A DNA stretch of 64,000 bases from Adineta vaga (GCA_021613535.1 CP075494.1:16616001-16680000); one strand, 5' to 3'; positions 24,546-36,539 are shown, counted from the first letter of the stretch. Numbers and translations are program-made. Notes: a model not told the origin generated them from the letters alone.

Positions 24546-27500
24546 ATGAAACTGATCCAATTGTTCATTTTTCTTCTATCATTTATCCAATTTGATTGTC
24601 GTTTTACATTTTATCATACAGATAATCAACAAAAATTTCAATCAATATCTGATTGTTTATATTCTTATATATTATATTCATATAAAATTGATAGTGGAGG
24701 TTATATGATGTTTTATCATTTAATACCTTATTGTCAACGATTAAATGATGAAAATGAAGAAATAATTTCATTATCAAATGAAAATATTAAAAATGAAATA
24801 AGTTTTAAAGAATTATATGAAAAAGGAATAACAAGTTTACAATTATTAGATTGGTTTATTCCAATTGATATAGTCGAAGATTATGAAATCAATGGTAAGA
24901 ATTCAACTAAATATTTTTATAATTGTTCATCTACTTGGTTTGGTTCAAAATGTCAATATCGAATAATTAATATGAATCAACCATCATTTGGTGAACTTAT
25001 TTCTGATTTTTTTGTTCATCGTAGTGAACCATCATTTGATGTTGATTATCAGATTGGTTCATGTTATTTATTTTTATCAACTTGTATTCGTGGTCCATTA
25101 CCAATGTGTCTTGATTGGCGTGAAATATGTAATGGAATAAATGATTGTATTAATGGAGAAGATGAAGAATTTTGTTATTTATTAAAAAGAAATCAATGTA
25201 CAGAAAATGAATTTCATTGTCAAAGAAGTGGAGAATGTATTCCTCAAGCATTTTTTGATGATCATGGTGACAGTTTTGATTGTCTTGATGGTAGTGATAA
25301 TACAAAACCATTTCCTCTTATTAACAAAGAACATTGTATAGAATCTGTAACATTTGATTGTGAAGAATTAAAACTTGGAAATCATGAATCATTTTCATGT
25401 GGTGATGGTCAAATTATTTTGGAAGCAATACCACATTTTTTTTCTTTTTGTAAAAATTTACGAGATAAACAAATGACTATGACAATATTTACTTCATTTA
25501 ATTATATTTCAAATTTATCATGTCGACAATATCTTATATGTTTACTTCGTCCTGATCGAATTGATTTTCTTTCACATTTACAAAATGAAATTTATTGTAA
25601 AATTTCTCTTGAACATTGTCCATTAAAATGGTTAGTTTTTCCTGAATATCCAATACTTTATTCATTTTTTCAATTTGTTTATTTGACCAATCGATCAAGA
25701 AATGATCTTACACCTGATTTTATATGTTTTAATGGATCTCGATGTCCAAAATATTTATTCTGTTCAATAGATATTGGAATGCGTAATGGTCTTCATTGTT
25801 GTAACGGAATTAATATAACTCGTACAATAATTACAATGTGGTTTTCACTTCAAAATATTTTTCCAAATATTTTTAGAAATTGTTTTGAAACAACTCGAGA
25901 TGAAAGAAGAATTCCTTCGAATTTACAAAAGAGAAGTAATGAATCACCTAAGAAACTTTTATTTGGATATTTTTGTGATGGTTATCAAGATTTACCATAT
26001 AATTATTATAATGAAACCGATACAGATGAAAGTGATTGTTATTTATGGCCATGTAATAATCCTTATACTCGATGTAATCAATATTCAAGTTGTTTAAATG
26101 GTCTTGATGAACTCAATTGTTCACGTAGTTATTGTTCATCTAATGAACTTCCTTGTGAATATAATGGCGGTGCACGACCTCCTCAAAATTATTGTATATC
26201 TGTATTAGATTTAGCAGAAGAATATATAAATATTGATACAACTAAATATCTTGAACGTATTATACATATAGTTAATGAAACAATCAATAATATTAATAAA
26301 AATTATTTATTTTGGAATGAAAATAAATGTATTACTATAGAATATAATAATAATAATAAAACACATTCTCTTATTGGAAATAATGATGATGTATGTCTAA
26401 TACCAAACTTTCGTCGAAGTTTTGATTTGTTACAAAATAATGTTATGAAAAATGAAAAAAGATTATGTCATTTTCGTTTCTATTATATTCCAGATTATGC
26501 ACAACGTCCATTTCTTCAATCATTACGTTTAGGATATTTTCCATCAGTTATTATTCCGCAAGTTTCTCATCAATCAACTTTAATTGAATTTAATGAATCA
26601 ATTAGTAAAGATTTTGATAATAATTGGTATTGTAATCGAGGATTTCCTATTTTATATGAAAATAATCAAACAATTCGATGTCTTTGTCCACCAAGTTATT
26701 ATGGTTTACGATGTCAATGGCAAAATCAACGTATAAGTTTAACAATTCAATTAAAATATTATAGTTTTATATATGAAATGCCTATTTTTCAAGTTATTAT
26801 TATGCTTTTAGATAATCAAGGAGAAATAACACCATATTATGAACAAATAATTTATGTTCCAAAACGTGATTGTGGAATAAAATATAATTTATATTTACTT
26901 TATCCTAATCGTCCAAAGAATAATTCAATAAATTATTCAATTCGTATTGATATTTTTAATCGAATAACATTAAAATATTGGTCAAGTTGGTATTTTCCAA
27001 TATTATTTCCATTTTTACCTGTTAATCGAATTTCAACCCATTTATTAATACCTTTAAATCCTCAACAAATAGAATTGTCATGTTCATTATCATGTGGAAA
27101 TTCTGGTAAATGTATTAAATATATTAATCAAAATTCATCATATTTTTGTCAATGTAATTCAGGTTATTCAGGATTAAATTGTCAAATAAAACATAATTGT
27201 TCTTGTTCATTTGATTCATTTTGTCTTAGTTCATCAATTTGTATTTGTTCATTATATAAATTTGGTGAAAAATGTTATTTAAAACATACTGTTTGTCAAT
27301 CATTAACTAATCCTTGTAAAAATAATGGTCAATGTATTCCAATTGATAATCGTATTACTTTAAACAAGTTTACATGTACATGTAAAGAAGGTTTTTTTGG
27401 AGAACGATGTGAAAATATTGAAAATCGAATTGAAATAATCTTATCTGAAAAAACAATAAAATCAATGTCAATTATTTTTGTTCATTTAATAACAATATAT

Positions 27501-29006
27501 GAAACAAGAAATCATTTAGAAAATATTTTATTAAAACAAATTAAATCTGGTGAAAATCGTATGATAATTCATACAATAATTCCATTTCATCTTATTTTTA
27601 TTAAAATATCTTTTGATGAAGAATATTATTTAATTATTCGTCGAGAAAAATATATTCAATCAGAATTAATTAAAACAAAATTATTAATAAATAATCAATG
27701 TTTATTTATTGAAAATTTATTAAATAAAACATTAAAAACATATTCTTATCTTCATCGTATTAAATATTATCCATTATTATGTCGAGAAAATAAACAATTA
27801 GAATGTTTTTATGATGAAATTTATATGTGTATTTGTGATCAAGATCGATTTTCAAATTGTTTTTTATTTAATCGAAATTTAACATTTAATTGTAATCAAA
27901 CACAAAATCCATGTGAAAATAATGGAAAATGTTTTTTAAATAATCAAACATGTTCAAGTACAATTAAATGTATATGTTCAGGTTGTTTTTATGGTACAAG
28001 ATGTCAATTAACAACTGAAGGTTTTGTTTTATCACTTGATTATATTCTTAGTTATCATATTAGACCAAATATTTCATTTATTTATCAACCAATTATTATT
28101 AAAATTAGTTTAATTTTAATAATTATTATTTTTATTTTTGGATTTATTAATGCTTTATTTTCTATTGTAACATTTCGTATGAAACAAAGTCAAACTATTG
28201 GTTGTGGAAGTTATTTATTAATATCTGGATGGATTTCTATTCTAATTATATTTATTTTATTAATTAAATTTATTCATTTACTTTTATCACAAATGAATAT
28301 TTATGAAAATTATTTTATTTTAAATTTTAATTGTATTTTATTAGATATTTTAATTCGAATTCTTTTAGCAATAAATGATTGGCTTGATGGATGTATTTCT
28401 ATTGAACGTGTTATAACAATTAAACAAGGTGTGAAATTTAATAAAAAACAAAGTAAAAAAATAGCTAAATGGATTATTTTAATTGTTTTTCTTATTACAA
28501 TTCTTAGTCATATTCATGATCCATTTCATCGTCAATTAATTGAAGATATTGATATTGATGAAAAACGTATTTGGTGTATTGTTCAATATTCTTCTTTATT
28601 TAATAAATATAATACATTTATAACATTATTTCATTTTTTAATACCATTTACAATTAATTTTATTTCAACAATAATAATAATAATATCATTAGCTCATCAT
28701 CGTTCAACAATTCAACCAAGATTATCTTATATTGAACATTTAAAATTACAATTTAAAGAACATAATCATCATTTTATAGCATCATTTACATTTGTTATAT
28801 TAGGATTACCTCGTCTTATTATATCATTTATAAGTGGTTGTATGAAATCACCAAATTATTCATTCTTATTTTTATCTGCTTATCTTCTTTCATTTTTACC
28901 ATCAATGATGACATTTATTGTTTATGTATTACCATCAAAAACATATAAAAATCAATTTAATACTGTTGCTCAACAAACATGTAAACGTTTTCATATTCAA
29001 ATATGA
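24546..29006 (+). CDS. LDL-receptor class A / EGF-repeat ectodomain plus rhodopsin-like 7TM receptor (intact, intronless)
   Basis: 1486-aa ORF: signal peptide, CLDWREICNGINDC, EGF repeats, 7TM with SIER motif. Confidence 0.88.
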   Translation: MKLIQLFIFLLSFIQFDCRFTFYHTDNQQKFQSISDCLYSYILYSYKIDSGGYMMFYHLIPYCQRLNDENEEIISLSNENIKNEISFKELYEKGITSLQLLDWFIPIDIVEDYEINGKNSTKYFYNCSSTWFGSKCQYRIINMNQPSFGELISDFFVHRSEPSFDVDYQIGSCYLFLSTCIRGPLPMCLDWREICNGINDCINGEDEEFCYLLKRNQCTENEFHCQRSGECIPQAFFDDHGDSFDCLDGSDNTKPFPLINKEHCIESVTFDCEELKLGNHESFSCGDGQIILEAIPHFFSFCKNLRDKQMTMTIFTSFNYISNLSCRQYLICLLRPDRIDFLSHLQNEIYCKISLEHCPLKWLVFPEYPILYSFFQFVYLTNRSRNDLTPDFICFNGSRCPKYLFCSIDIGMRNGLHCCNGINITRTIITMWFSLQNIFPNIFRNCFETTRDERRIPSNLQKRSNESPKKLLFGYFCDGYQDLPYNYYNETDTDESDCYLWPCNNPYTRCNQYSSCLNGLDELNCSRSYCSSNELPCEYNGGARPPQNYCISVLDLAEEYINIDTTKYLERIIHIVNETINNINKNYLFWNENKCITIEYNNNNKTHSLIGNNDDVCLIPNFRRSFDLLQNNVMKNEKRLCHFRFYYIPDYAQRPFLQSLRLGYFPSVIIPQVSHQSTLIEFNESISKDFDNNWYCNRGFPILYENNQTIRCLCPPSYYGLRCQWQNQRISLTIQLKYYSFIYEMPIFQVIIMLLDNQGEITPYYEQIIYVPKRDCGIKYNLYLLYPNRPKNNSINYSIRIDIFNRITLKYWSSWYFPILFPFLPVNRISTHLLIPLNPQQIELSCSLSCGNSGKCIKYINQNSSYFCQCNSGYSGLNCQIKHNCSCSFDSFCLSSSICICSLYKFGEKCYLKHTVCQSLTNPCKNNGQCIPIDNRITLNKFTCTCKEGFFGERCENIENRIEIILSEKTIKSMSIIFVHLITIYETRNHLENILLKQIKSGENRMIIHTIIPFHLIFIKISFDEEYYLIIRREKYIQSELIKTKLLINNQCLFIENLLNKTLKTYSYLHRIKYYPLLCRENKQLECFYDEIYMCICDQDRFSNCFLFNRNLTFNCNQTQNPCENNGKCFLNNQTCSSTIKCICSGCFYGTRCQLTTEGFVLSLDYILSYHIRPNISFIYQPIIIKISLILIIIIFIFGFINALFSIVTFRMKQSQTIGCGSYLLISGWISILIIFILLIKFIHLLLSQMNIYENYFILNFNCILLDILIRILLAINDWLDGCISIERVITIKQGVKFNKKQSKKIAKWIILIVFLITILSHIHDPFHRQLIEDIDIDEKRIWCIVQYSSLFNKYNTFITLFHFLIPFTINFISTIIIIISLAHHRSTIQPRLSYIEHLKLQFKEHNHHFIASFTFVILGLPRLIISFISGCMKSPNYSFLFLSAYLLSFLPSMMTFIVYVLPSKTYKNQFNTVAQQTCKRFHIQI

Positions 29007-29634
29007 TCACTATAGTCTTAAAAAATTTCTAACTTTAGAGAATGTTCTAATCAAAAATGAAGTATTAAGATATGACTTCATTTTAGTATAATCTTTATTG
29101 TATTGTATATCGTATATTCTTGAATAAAAAATGTTCATAAAATTCTCGCTTTTCCTCACATTCGAAACATCATTGCACTGATATAAACCTTTGAGTACTT
29201 TATAAAAATAATATAAATATTTGATTTCTTTTCATTTGATGTGAAATTTTGTCGAATCACTCTCAACAATCAATTTCGCTACTATAGACTAAATCAGAAT
29301 CTATTAAAAATATCCTAAGGATCATATCATATATGACTACCACAAAAAATCAGTGTGAAATCTGAAACTAGTGTATGAGTACCTTCCGGACATCAAAACA
29401 CCGAGAATAATGATTTTCTTATATACCATTTGATGCGCCGCAACGAACTCTTCACAACCTTGAATTCCGGTTTTTTCTACCAATAATTTGAAAAAAATCC
29501 GGTGGGGTTCTTTCTGGACACTAAAATATTATGCAGAAGAAAAATTTTCTTGTATTTCTCTACATCAAATCTATACGCATACGCACCTATACATCAAAAC
29601 ATTTATCAAAGTTTTTTGATTAAAAGAAAGTTTA

Positions 29635-29854
29635 TTAATTGAGTAATGTTAAAACATTAGAAGCGGTGAGTTCTCTCGAATAAAGACGAAATTCATCAAC
29701 AACACCGTAGACTTGATCATGTATCTCATGACAAATCTTGCCATTCACTGTATTTCCCAAGAAAATGAAGTTCTTTTGTTCACTACCAACATAGAGAAAT
29801 GGAACAATTGAATTTCTCAAAGTTCCATTAACATATAGAGACGAAGCCCATTAT
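29635..29854 (-). pseudogene. C-terminal fragment of a LamG / concanavalin-A-like domain protein
   Basis: Reads NGLRL(frameshift)YVNGTL...YGVVDEFRLYSRELTASNVLTL; ends abruptly at the C-rich repeat at 29855. Confidence 0.6.
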
Positions 29855-29914
29855 CCACACCCACACCCACCCACACCCTCACCCACCCTCACCCACACCC
29901 ACCCACACCCTCAA
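29855..29914 (-). repeat. Telomere-like tract, single arm of the palindrome family
   Basis: CCACACCCACACCCACCCACACCCTCACCCACCCTCACCCACACCCACCCACACCCTCAA, i.e. mixed TGTGGG/TGAGGG/TGGG units on the minus strand. Confidence 0.85.
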
Positions 29915-30213
29915 ATACTCTTCTTTCGCTGAAACGAACATTATCGTCAAAAAACGATCGTCGAAATTGATATCCTCGATATCAATATCAGCATTTCTTA
30001 TAAATAAGCTTTTCGATAAACTTTGATTCGATAATCTTTATTTCGACGATGGGACTTTGAGCGAAGAGCATACATATCAACGAAGTAAATATTGTTATCT
30101 ATGGTGTAAATCAATGATAACGTTTTCTTCCTTCCTGTGCATATATAAAAACTCCGGGTAGTCGATATCAGTTCTGTATTATTTTCAATCTTTTTTTAGC
30201 TATCAAGATATCG

Positions 30214-32581
30214 ATGGTTACACTCCAGCTCATCTACATACTTTTATTTACCTGCGATATTGGTGCTCTCACGATGAGAATGGGCTCAGCTAATGTAACA
30301 TCGGATGCAGAGCAGATTCATGATGCCGTATACAATCAAAATCTGAAAAACGAGCCAAGTTTAGGGACGGCCGTCGTAAATACCCAAGTGCTGACAGTAT
30401 TCAGTTATCAAGGTAGTCAAATTTACGTGTACAGCGCTCTGTCAAATGCAAATGAAAATCTACTCACGCCTCAGAAGTGGATCTTCTATTTTGTACCGAT
30501 CATGCTACCGGCCATAAATGATCCAACCGACAAATGGGTATTTACAGTCAAAAATGAAGTTAGAATCAAGTTAATGTTGAGTAACGCCGATGTTGAAGAA
30601 CTGGCAAAAAGTGCAATCATTAGGAAATATGATCTGGCTATTTCTCAATATTCAAAATTCTGGGACGTAGCTCCCTTGATGATCGATTCATTGATGGCTT
30701 ACATTGTTCGAGGAACAAACTTGCCTGTTGAAGGTGTTCATCCTTACAAAGCCGTGCATCCTAATCAGTTGACGATGGAATTTCGCTTCTACTGTTCTTC
30801 GGAAGATCATGCAAAAGAAATTGTAGAAAACATTATTGATGATATGTATGAAATCGAAGTAGGATTTTACTTTGCCGGCTTTAAACAAGTCACAACCAAC
30901 CTAGTCTCAATTACCAGTGATCAGTTGAAGAGTGTGCTCAGCAAAACAATTGCGGACGGTGGAAATAAAAACGCTCAGTATATGCATCGAAATCAAGGAT
31001 CAACATTTGTGAGCAAGTATGTGACGAATGTAAAGAAAATGATTTACATGGAAAATTTAAACGCAAATGTGTCATCATTATCAGCCGGTCTAGAAGATCA
31101 ATTCATTTCGTTGTTACAACAAGGTATATATATATTTTTGTGATATGCGCGCAATTTGATGCATTTACCGTTCTCATTGTAGGAATGACGTTTTCGGATG
31201 AGGCAAAACTCGACGCTAAACTGTACGATCAAGTTTGGTCGCCCTCGGACTTGAATACTGATCGAATAACAAGTGAAATAAAGAAAATGTTCACATACAA
31301 TCAAACTGAAACGGAGCGACATAACTTTTCCGACAACTTTTTTGACTTTAATCAGGCATATGCACAATCATCGTCTAGTTCAGGTAGTGGCAGCGTGAGT
31401 ATTTTTGGCCTTGGTTCTGCTAGCGGTGGCGGCGGATCATCGAGTTCATCGTCAGGCCATCTATTAACTACAGCACAGTCGATATTTTCACAAACCGAAA
31501 TCCAAAATTTCCTCACCCAAGAATCAATTGAAACAGCATGGTCAGGTGAAAAATTCATTCCTAAGTCATTCTCTGTTTACAAACTCACCGATATTACGGA
31601 TCGACTTCAAGTTGCAATCATTGCCAAACAACTAATTGCTGAGAAGGCCAATGGAGCTATTGTTCGTACAGTAAACACACGAAGCAGCGCATCGTTACCG
31701 AGCGCACGCTCATTTATTATTACAGGTAAATTTCACGATGACTTAATGTGGAAGGGTATTAGGATCGAGCATAAATATTTTTCCTGTGCCTCTGTGATAC
31801 CATCCCTCCTGCTGTATCCATCTTTTTGAAAACTCAAACAGTGTAGGGAATTTCTCTTTATCACTGTTTATACCCTGATATTATAAAATGTTTTCAATTA
31901 CAATTATCTAACTCCTCACTACCCGTTTTTCCTCTCGCATGATTCTCAACAAGTTTTCATATATGCATTTATATCACAGGCGAAATCAAAATGTACTCAG
32001 GCAACGCATCATCACTACCCGAGTCTTGGGTCTTCTGCCATGGGCAAGCGCTTCCTCGAATAGAATATCAACGTCTGTTTTCGGTTATTGGTGAAACATT
32101 TGGGGTCGGGGATGGAAAAACAACGTTCAATGTACCAGATTTCCGTGGTAGATTTCCTTTGGGCCTCAATCCACTTAACAATCAGTCGGCTGGTGTGAAC
32201 TATGGAGGAAGCTCAACACAAACACTTACAGTCGATCAAATACCTGTCCACCGACATAACAGAGGAACATTGACAACCATGAATACAGGCAGTCATGCTC
32301 ATCCTATCAATGATACAGGACACAATCATGGTGGTTCAACAGATACAAGACCCGGCGGTGGAGGTGGATATAATCTGAAAGTCAATGGCGGTGGCAACTT
32401 TAACGATCAAACTAGTCACGTACACACAATCCCTACTGGTCGTACTGGAATATCGATTTTGACTGGCGGCATACACAATCATACAATCAATGGTTTAACA
32501 GATTATGTTGGAGGAGGAAAATCATTCAGTATTATGCCACCGTATCAAACTGTTGATTTCATCATTTACACCGGAGATTAA
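30214..32581 (+). CDS. Secreted protein (about 684 aa) with an uncharacterised N-terminal region and a C-terminal phage tail-collar plus His-x-His tail-fibre-like domain; 3 exons
   Basis: Exons 30214-31123, 31183-31725, 31980-32581 (phase-1 GT-AG introns). GEIKMYSG..WVFCHG..LFSVIGETFGVGDGKTTFNVPDFRGRF is the tail-collar signature; five HxH motifs; ends MPPYQTVDFIIY. Confidence 0.85.
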
Positions 32582-32764
32582 TCAGATAGTTGGTCATCGT
32601 ATAAAGAAAATAGATCGAACGGTTCCACTATTACTTCATTTTAGTGATCACTTTTTCTTTCTTTTTTTCAATAAAATATAACTTCCTCTACGAAAAGGAG
32701 GGTCATATGAAATGAAATGAGTTTGTTTGTATATTTGTGTCTGTGCTAGTAACTGCATAAGGAC

Positions 32765-32840
32765 TTGTAGTTGTGTGTGTAGGTATTTGGTTCATCATTT
32801 ATCCGCACTCAGTCACACTCATACTCACCCACACTCTTCA
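32765..32840. repeat. Degenerate telomere-like palindrome copy
   Basis: GT-rich arm TTGTAGTTGTGTGTGTAGG followed by CA-rich arm CACACTCATACTCACCCACACTC. Confidence 0.4.
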
Positions 32841-32989
32841 GTTTTTAAGAACTCAAATGAAATAAAGTTCGTTCATTTCAGTTATTTGAAACAACTAGAG
32901 TGAAATGTGAACTGCCCATAACAGACCATCTTCTAGGCTATTTAATATTAATTATAGTCAACGTATTCTAAAAGAACGATAGTTGTACA

Positions 32990-33387
32990 AGTGTTTTAGC
33001 CAAATGTCTTTATCATAGTAATCTTTTTACTGGATTTTACATTTATAGATTGACAAGTGTCAAACTTCGCAAGGAAATGAAACATTGTTTCCAATTGGGA
33101 TTGAATGTTATTACTAATAGACAAATCTAATAGATATTATAAAAGGATGGAAAAGATCAAACTGATTCAATATTATAAGATTTCTATTAAAATGAAAATC
33201 AGACATTTCATATATATATATATATATATATTGTCATTAAGTGTATGAATTATCGATTGTTCAATAAATTGCTGTTTATTCTCTATCTCGACTTTATATT
33301 CTATTGTTTATTATTTGAGACTAATAATCAGTTTTTTTATGAAAAACTATACAAAACTTCCGATAATTAAATATCTTTCATTTAAAT
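32990..33387 (+). repeat. Duplicated 3' end and downstream region of GPCR 22571..23554 (truncated pseudogene)
   Basis: High identity to 23414-23803, e.g. CGCAAGGAAATGAAACATTGTTTCCAATTGGGATTGAATG in both. Confidence 0.85.
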
Positions 33388-33861
33388 CATATTGACTACT
33401 GTAAAGATTGAATGTCTTATAAGTTTTTCTTTTTCAAACATAAAGTGTAATGGTATAAAAATACAGAATAAATATTCAAACACAACATAATTAAACGAGT
33501 GATTTATCTTTGTAGATAAGATTTTAGTAGGGAAACTCTTCAAAATAAATACATAACACTGAGGGTGTAAAAATGTTCTAATAGAGTTGTATGTTTGTAA
33601 CTTGGGATTTGTTTAGTATGAATATGATAAGAATAAAAAAGTTTAATGATATCATTCTTTCAATTGCATTATTAAAATTCACTTCTATTGAAGCATATTT
33701 TTATGAAATAAGAATAAAAAAGAGATATAGTAGTTATTCAGTTTTTTCTTCGCTTTTAATCAATATTGTAGAGTATCAAAAGATATCTATAAACAATGTG
33801 TTGAAAAGAAAAGTTTATATAAAAAAAGAAAAAGAATCACATACTACAAATGAACAAAATT

Positions 33862-33940
33862 TAGTGTGTCGGTGTGTATAGGTGAATGTGAGCGTTGATG
33901 AGAGTGAAGTAAAGAGCACACACCCACATCCACACCCGGT
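33862..33940. repeat. Degenerate telomere-like palindrome copy
   Basis: GTGTGTCGGTGTGTATAGGTG...CACACCCACATCCACACCCGG. Confidence 0.45.
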
Positions 33941-34418
33941 CGTTAAATTGAGTGGTCCATCGCTTATGGAAATATAATAAAACACATCGATACCGTATCG
34001 ATAGGACAATGAAAGACGATCGGTATAATAATATTGTCAATTGAAATGATTAGATATTAATTTTGAAAAGTTTCTAGTGAATGAGTTGATTAGGAGTAAA
34101 ATGCTTTTAGAGGGTGTGAGTAAATCATTTGATTTATGAGCTGAGAAAATCTTTATCGTATTTTAAGATTGACGAACTGATATGATTTACATACTTTCAG
34201 TAGACAGTTAGCAGCATTGCATTCTATTACTTGTAAATTATCTAAATTACAATAATCAATGCATCGATCGCCCAAAAAAATTTGTTCAAATCTTTATTTT
34301 CAATATATTTCCTCTATGATAAATAGATATTTTTATAAACTCGTCAATATGTCGATATAAACTTATCTATTCTTTCTTCTAGCTATATCTTTCTTTATTC
34401 TATTTGTTGCATCTGTTC

Positions 34419-35509
34419 TTTTTTAGTGTACTCAAAAAGTGAGTACACTACTATAATCGGTCTGTATGTCCGTCCGTCCGGCTGTTTACACGATAACTCT
34501 TCACAACTACATTCGATTGAGCTGAAACTTTGTGCACATAATTGTCTCATCAATATCTCGGTCGAGAGAAGAAGATGAGAATGATCTCTTAAGAAATGGC
34601 TGAGTTATCGAAAAAATTGTCATTTTTGACCAGACCATCCCTGAGGAGGGATACAGGGTTTTTCTGAAAAAATATTTTCTCTCAAAATTATTTAAAACAG
34701 GTATGAATCGACTCAGTTTTTAACGCTGATTCCGAATCGATATTGGTTTTGAGTCAAATTGTAGTTTACTAATGGAAAAATGCTTCAAAAAGGTCTCAAA
34801 ATGCGCAAAAACTGTATTTTAACACCGAATTGCCTAAATACGTTTCATATGATCTGTAGTTTAAGATTTTCCCAAATGATTGGTTTTGTAGCTAGTCGGA
34901 ACGACTATCAAAAGAGAAAAACCTGATCTCCAAACCTACTAATATTGATGATCTATCATGAAAATGCTGATATGTGTATCTATCATAGATCTTTTATAGA
35001 TTCATGAGGTTGCATATGACCGTTATTCCGATAGATTCCAATACAAAAATTCATTCATAACTCAACATGAAAAATCTTGCTTATTGAAAAATTTCTCTTG
35101 GTAATTTTGATGCGTAGACATTGTGGAATGGTCCATCTCTCCCATACACTTTTTGCAGTACACATAACTCTTGGATAAAATCCGAAGTTTCCGCATTTAT
35201 TACAATATGATTCTTGAGAAGAAGAAATAAATGCGGAAACTTCGGATTTTATCCGAAAGTTATGTATACTGCAAAAAGTGTTTGAGATAGAAGATACAGG
35301 GAGAAATCAGTATTTTTTCAATAGCTCAGCAATGATTTGTCCAATCAGGCTCATCTTCGAATTCGAGCGAGATATTGATTTGACACTATTCTGTACAAAA
35401 TTGCATTATAATCAAATTAGTCTCTCGGGAGTTATCGTGTAAACAGACGGACGGAGACACTGCATGATCGATTCTAGTAGTGTATACTCACTTGTTGAGT
35501 ACCCAAAAA
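34419..35509. mobile_element. Non-autonomous Helentron/DINE-1-like element with inverted similar ends and an internal long hairpin
   Basis: T-run, terminal hairpin GTGTACTCA..TGAGTACAC, GTCC microsatellite and TGTTTACACGATAACTC at the left end, with the reverse-complement equivalent at the right end; internal palindrome 35146-35281. Confidence 0.6.
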
Positions 35510-35911
35510 GTATCTTATATAAAAATCGGTACCAAAAGTTTTGGTAAATTCATAACTTTAAAAAAAATCTATTTGACAAAGTTAGTGAAGCTACTTATTG
35601 AACATCCAGAATGAAAATGGAGCTCTAAGATTAAGAGTTTTACCGCCGAGGGTGGTCACGGTCGCGTTGATTATTGAAAAAAGAGAATCGTTTTTCTTCT
35701 GTGGTGTAAAGTCACATTTTCTGCGACGTTATTATCATAACATCTCATGGTGATAACGTATAAGAGTCTACTAGTGTCTGGTAAAAAATTTATAGTGGGG
35801 GAGGGGTATTGCGCCACTAGAGTACGTTCAAACAACACAATGAAGAGTATTATTGATCAATTACTACTTTAAATTAGATAAGCATGTGAAAAAGAAATCG
35901 TCATATGAATT

Positions 35912-36048
35912 TGTTAGCGATGATTCATACATATCTCTCTCTCTCTCCTTCTCTTTCTCCTTCTCCTTTTCTATATAAAGCTATGTTATTTTCTACTTTT
36001 GACACAGACAAAATAAATAAACATCGTCAGCTCGAATACGAGCTAACA
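35912..36048 (+). repeat. 5' LTR
   Basis: TGTTAGC...GCTAACA inverted termini; contains TATATAAA and AATAAA; identical by eye to 44146-44282. Confidence 0.97.
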
Positions 36049-36050
36049 TT

Positions 36051-36062
36051 TGGTGCCGTGAC
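36051..36062 (+). promoter_or_regulatory. Primer-binding site complementary to the tRNA-His 3' end
   Basis: TGGTGCCGTGAC, 2 nt after the LTR, complementary to ...GUCACGGCACCA of eukaryotic tRNA-His(GUG). Confidence 0.8.
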
Positions 36063-36539
36063 CGGTCTTTTTCTATTTTTTTCCATCGAAAAAGAATCAA
36101 GTACCAGGTCTTTATAAACTCATCCTTCATCAGGAAAGAGTGATTATTATTTCATCCGTGACGGAAAGAGAGTCAGGTGAATTCATCAATCAAAATTATT
36201 AATTATAATTACTGAAATTATTCAGTCGAAGAAGGTATAGTATTCTTCACATATACGATTCGCTTTCATTCTTTGAAAATATCTATACGAACACGGCTGA
36301 CGGCATTCGAAGAAGAACAAAGAGAATAAGTGCAAACCTTTATCCATACGAAATAATAACGTAATCATCAAAACAAACACGTCGGCAAAACACACGAAAA
36401 ATTTGTCTATACACAACATGACGAGAGACACCGCATTAAACAATACCTCGACGAACGAAACGCACTCGGACGATACGATGACGAAAAACACCTCGATGCT
36501 GATGGGAGCAACGAAAATACCTCGACCGATGTGAACTCG

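Noticed and set aside
30214-32581. Prophage or bacterial contamination
   Set aside because: The gene has spliceosomal introns and a signal peptide, no other phage genes are nearby, and it is embedded among animal genes.
35905-36117. Duplicated small ORFs at 35905 and 44112
   Set aside because: They are translations of the two LTRs.
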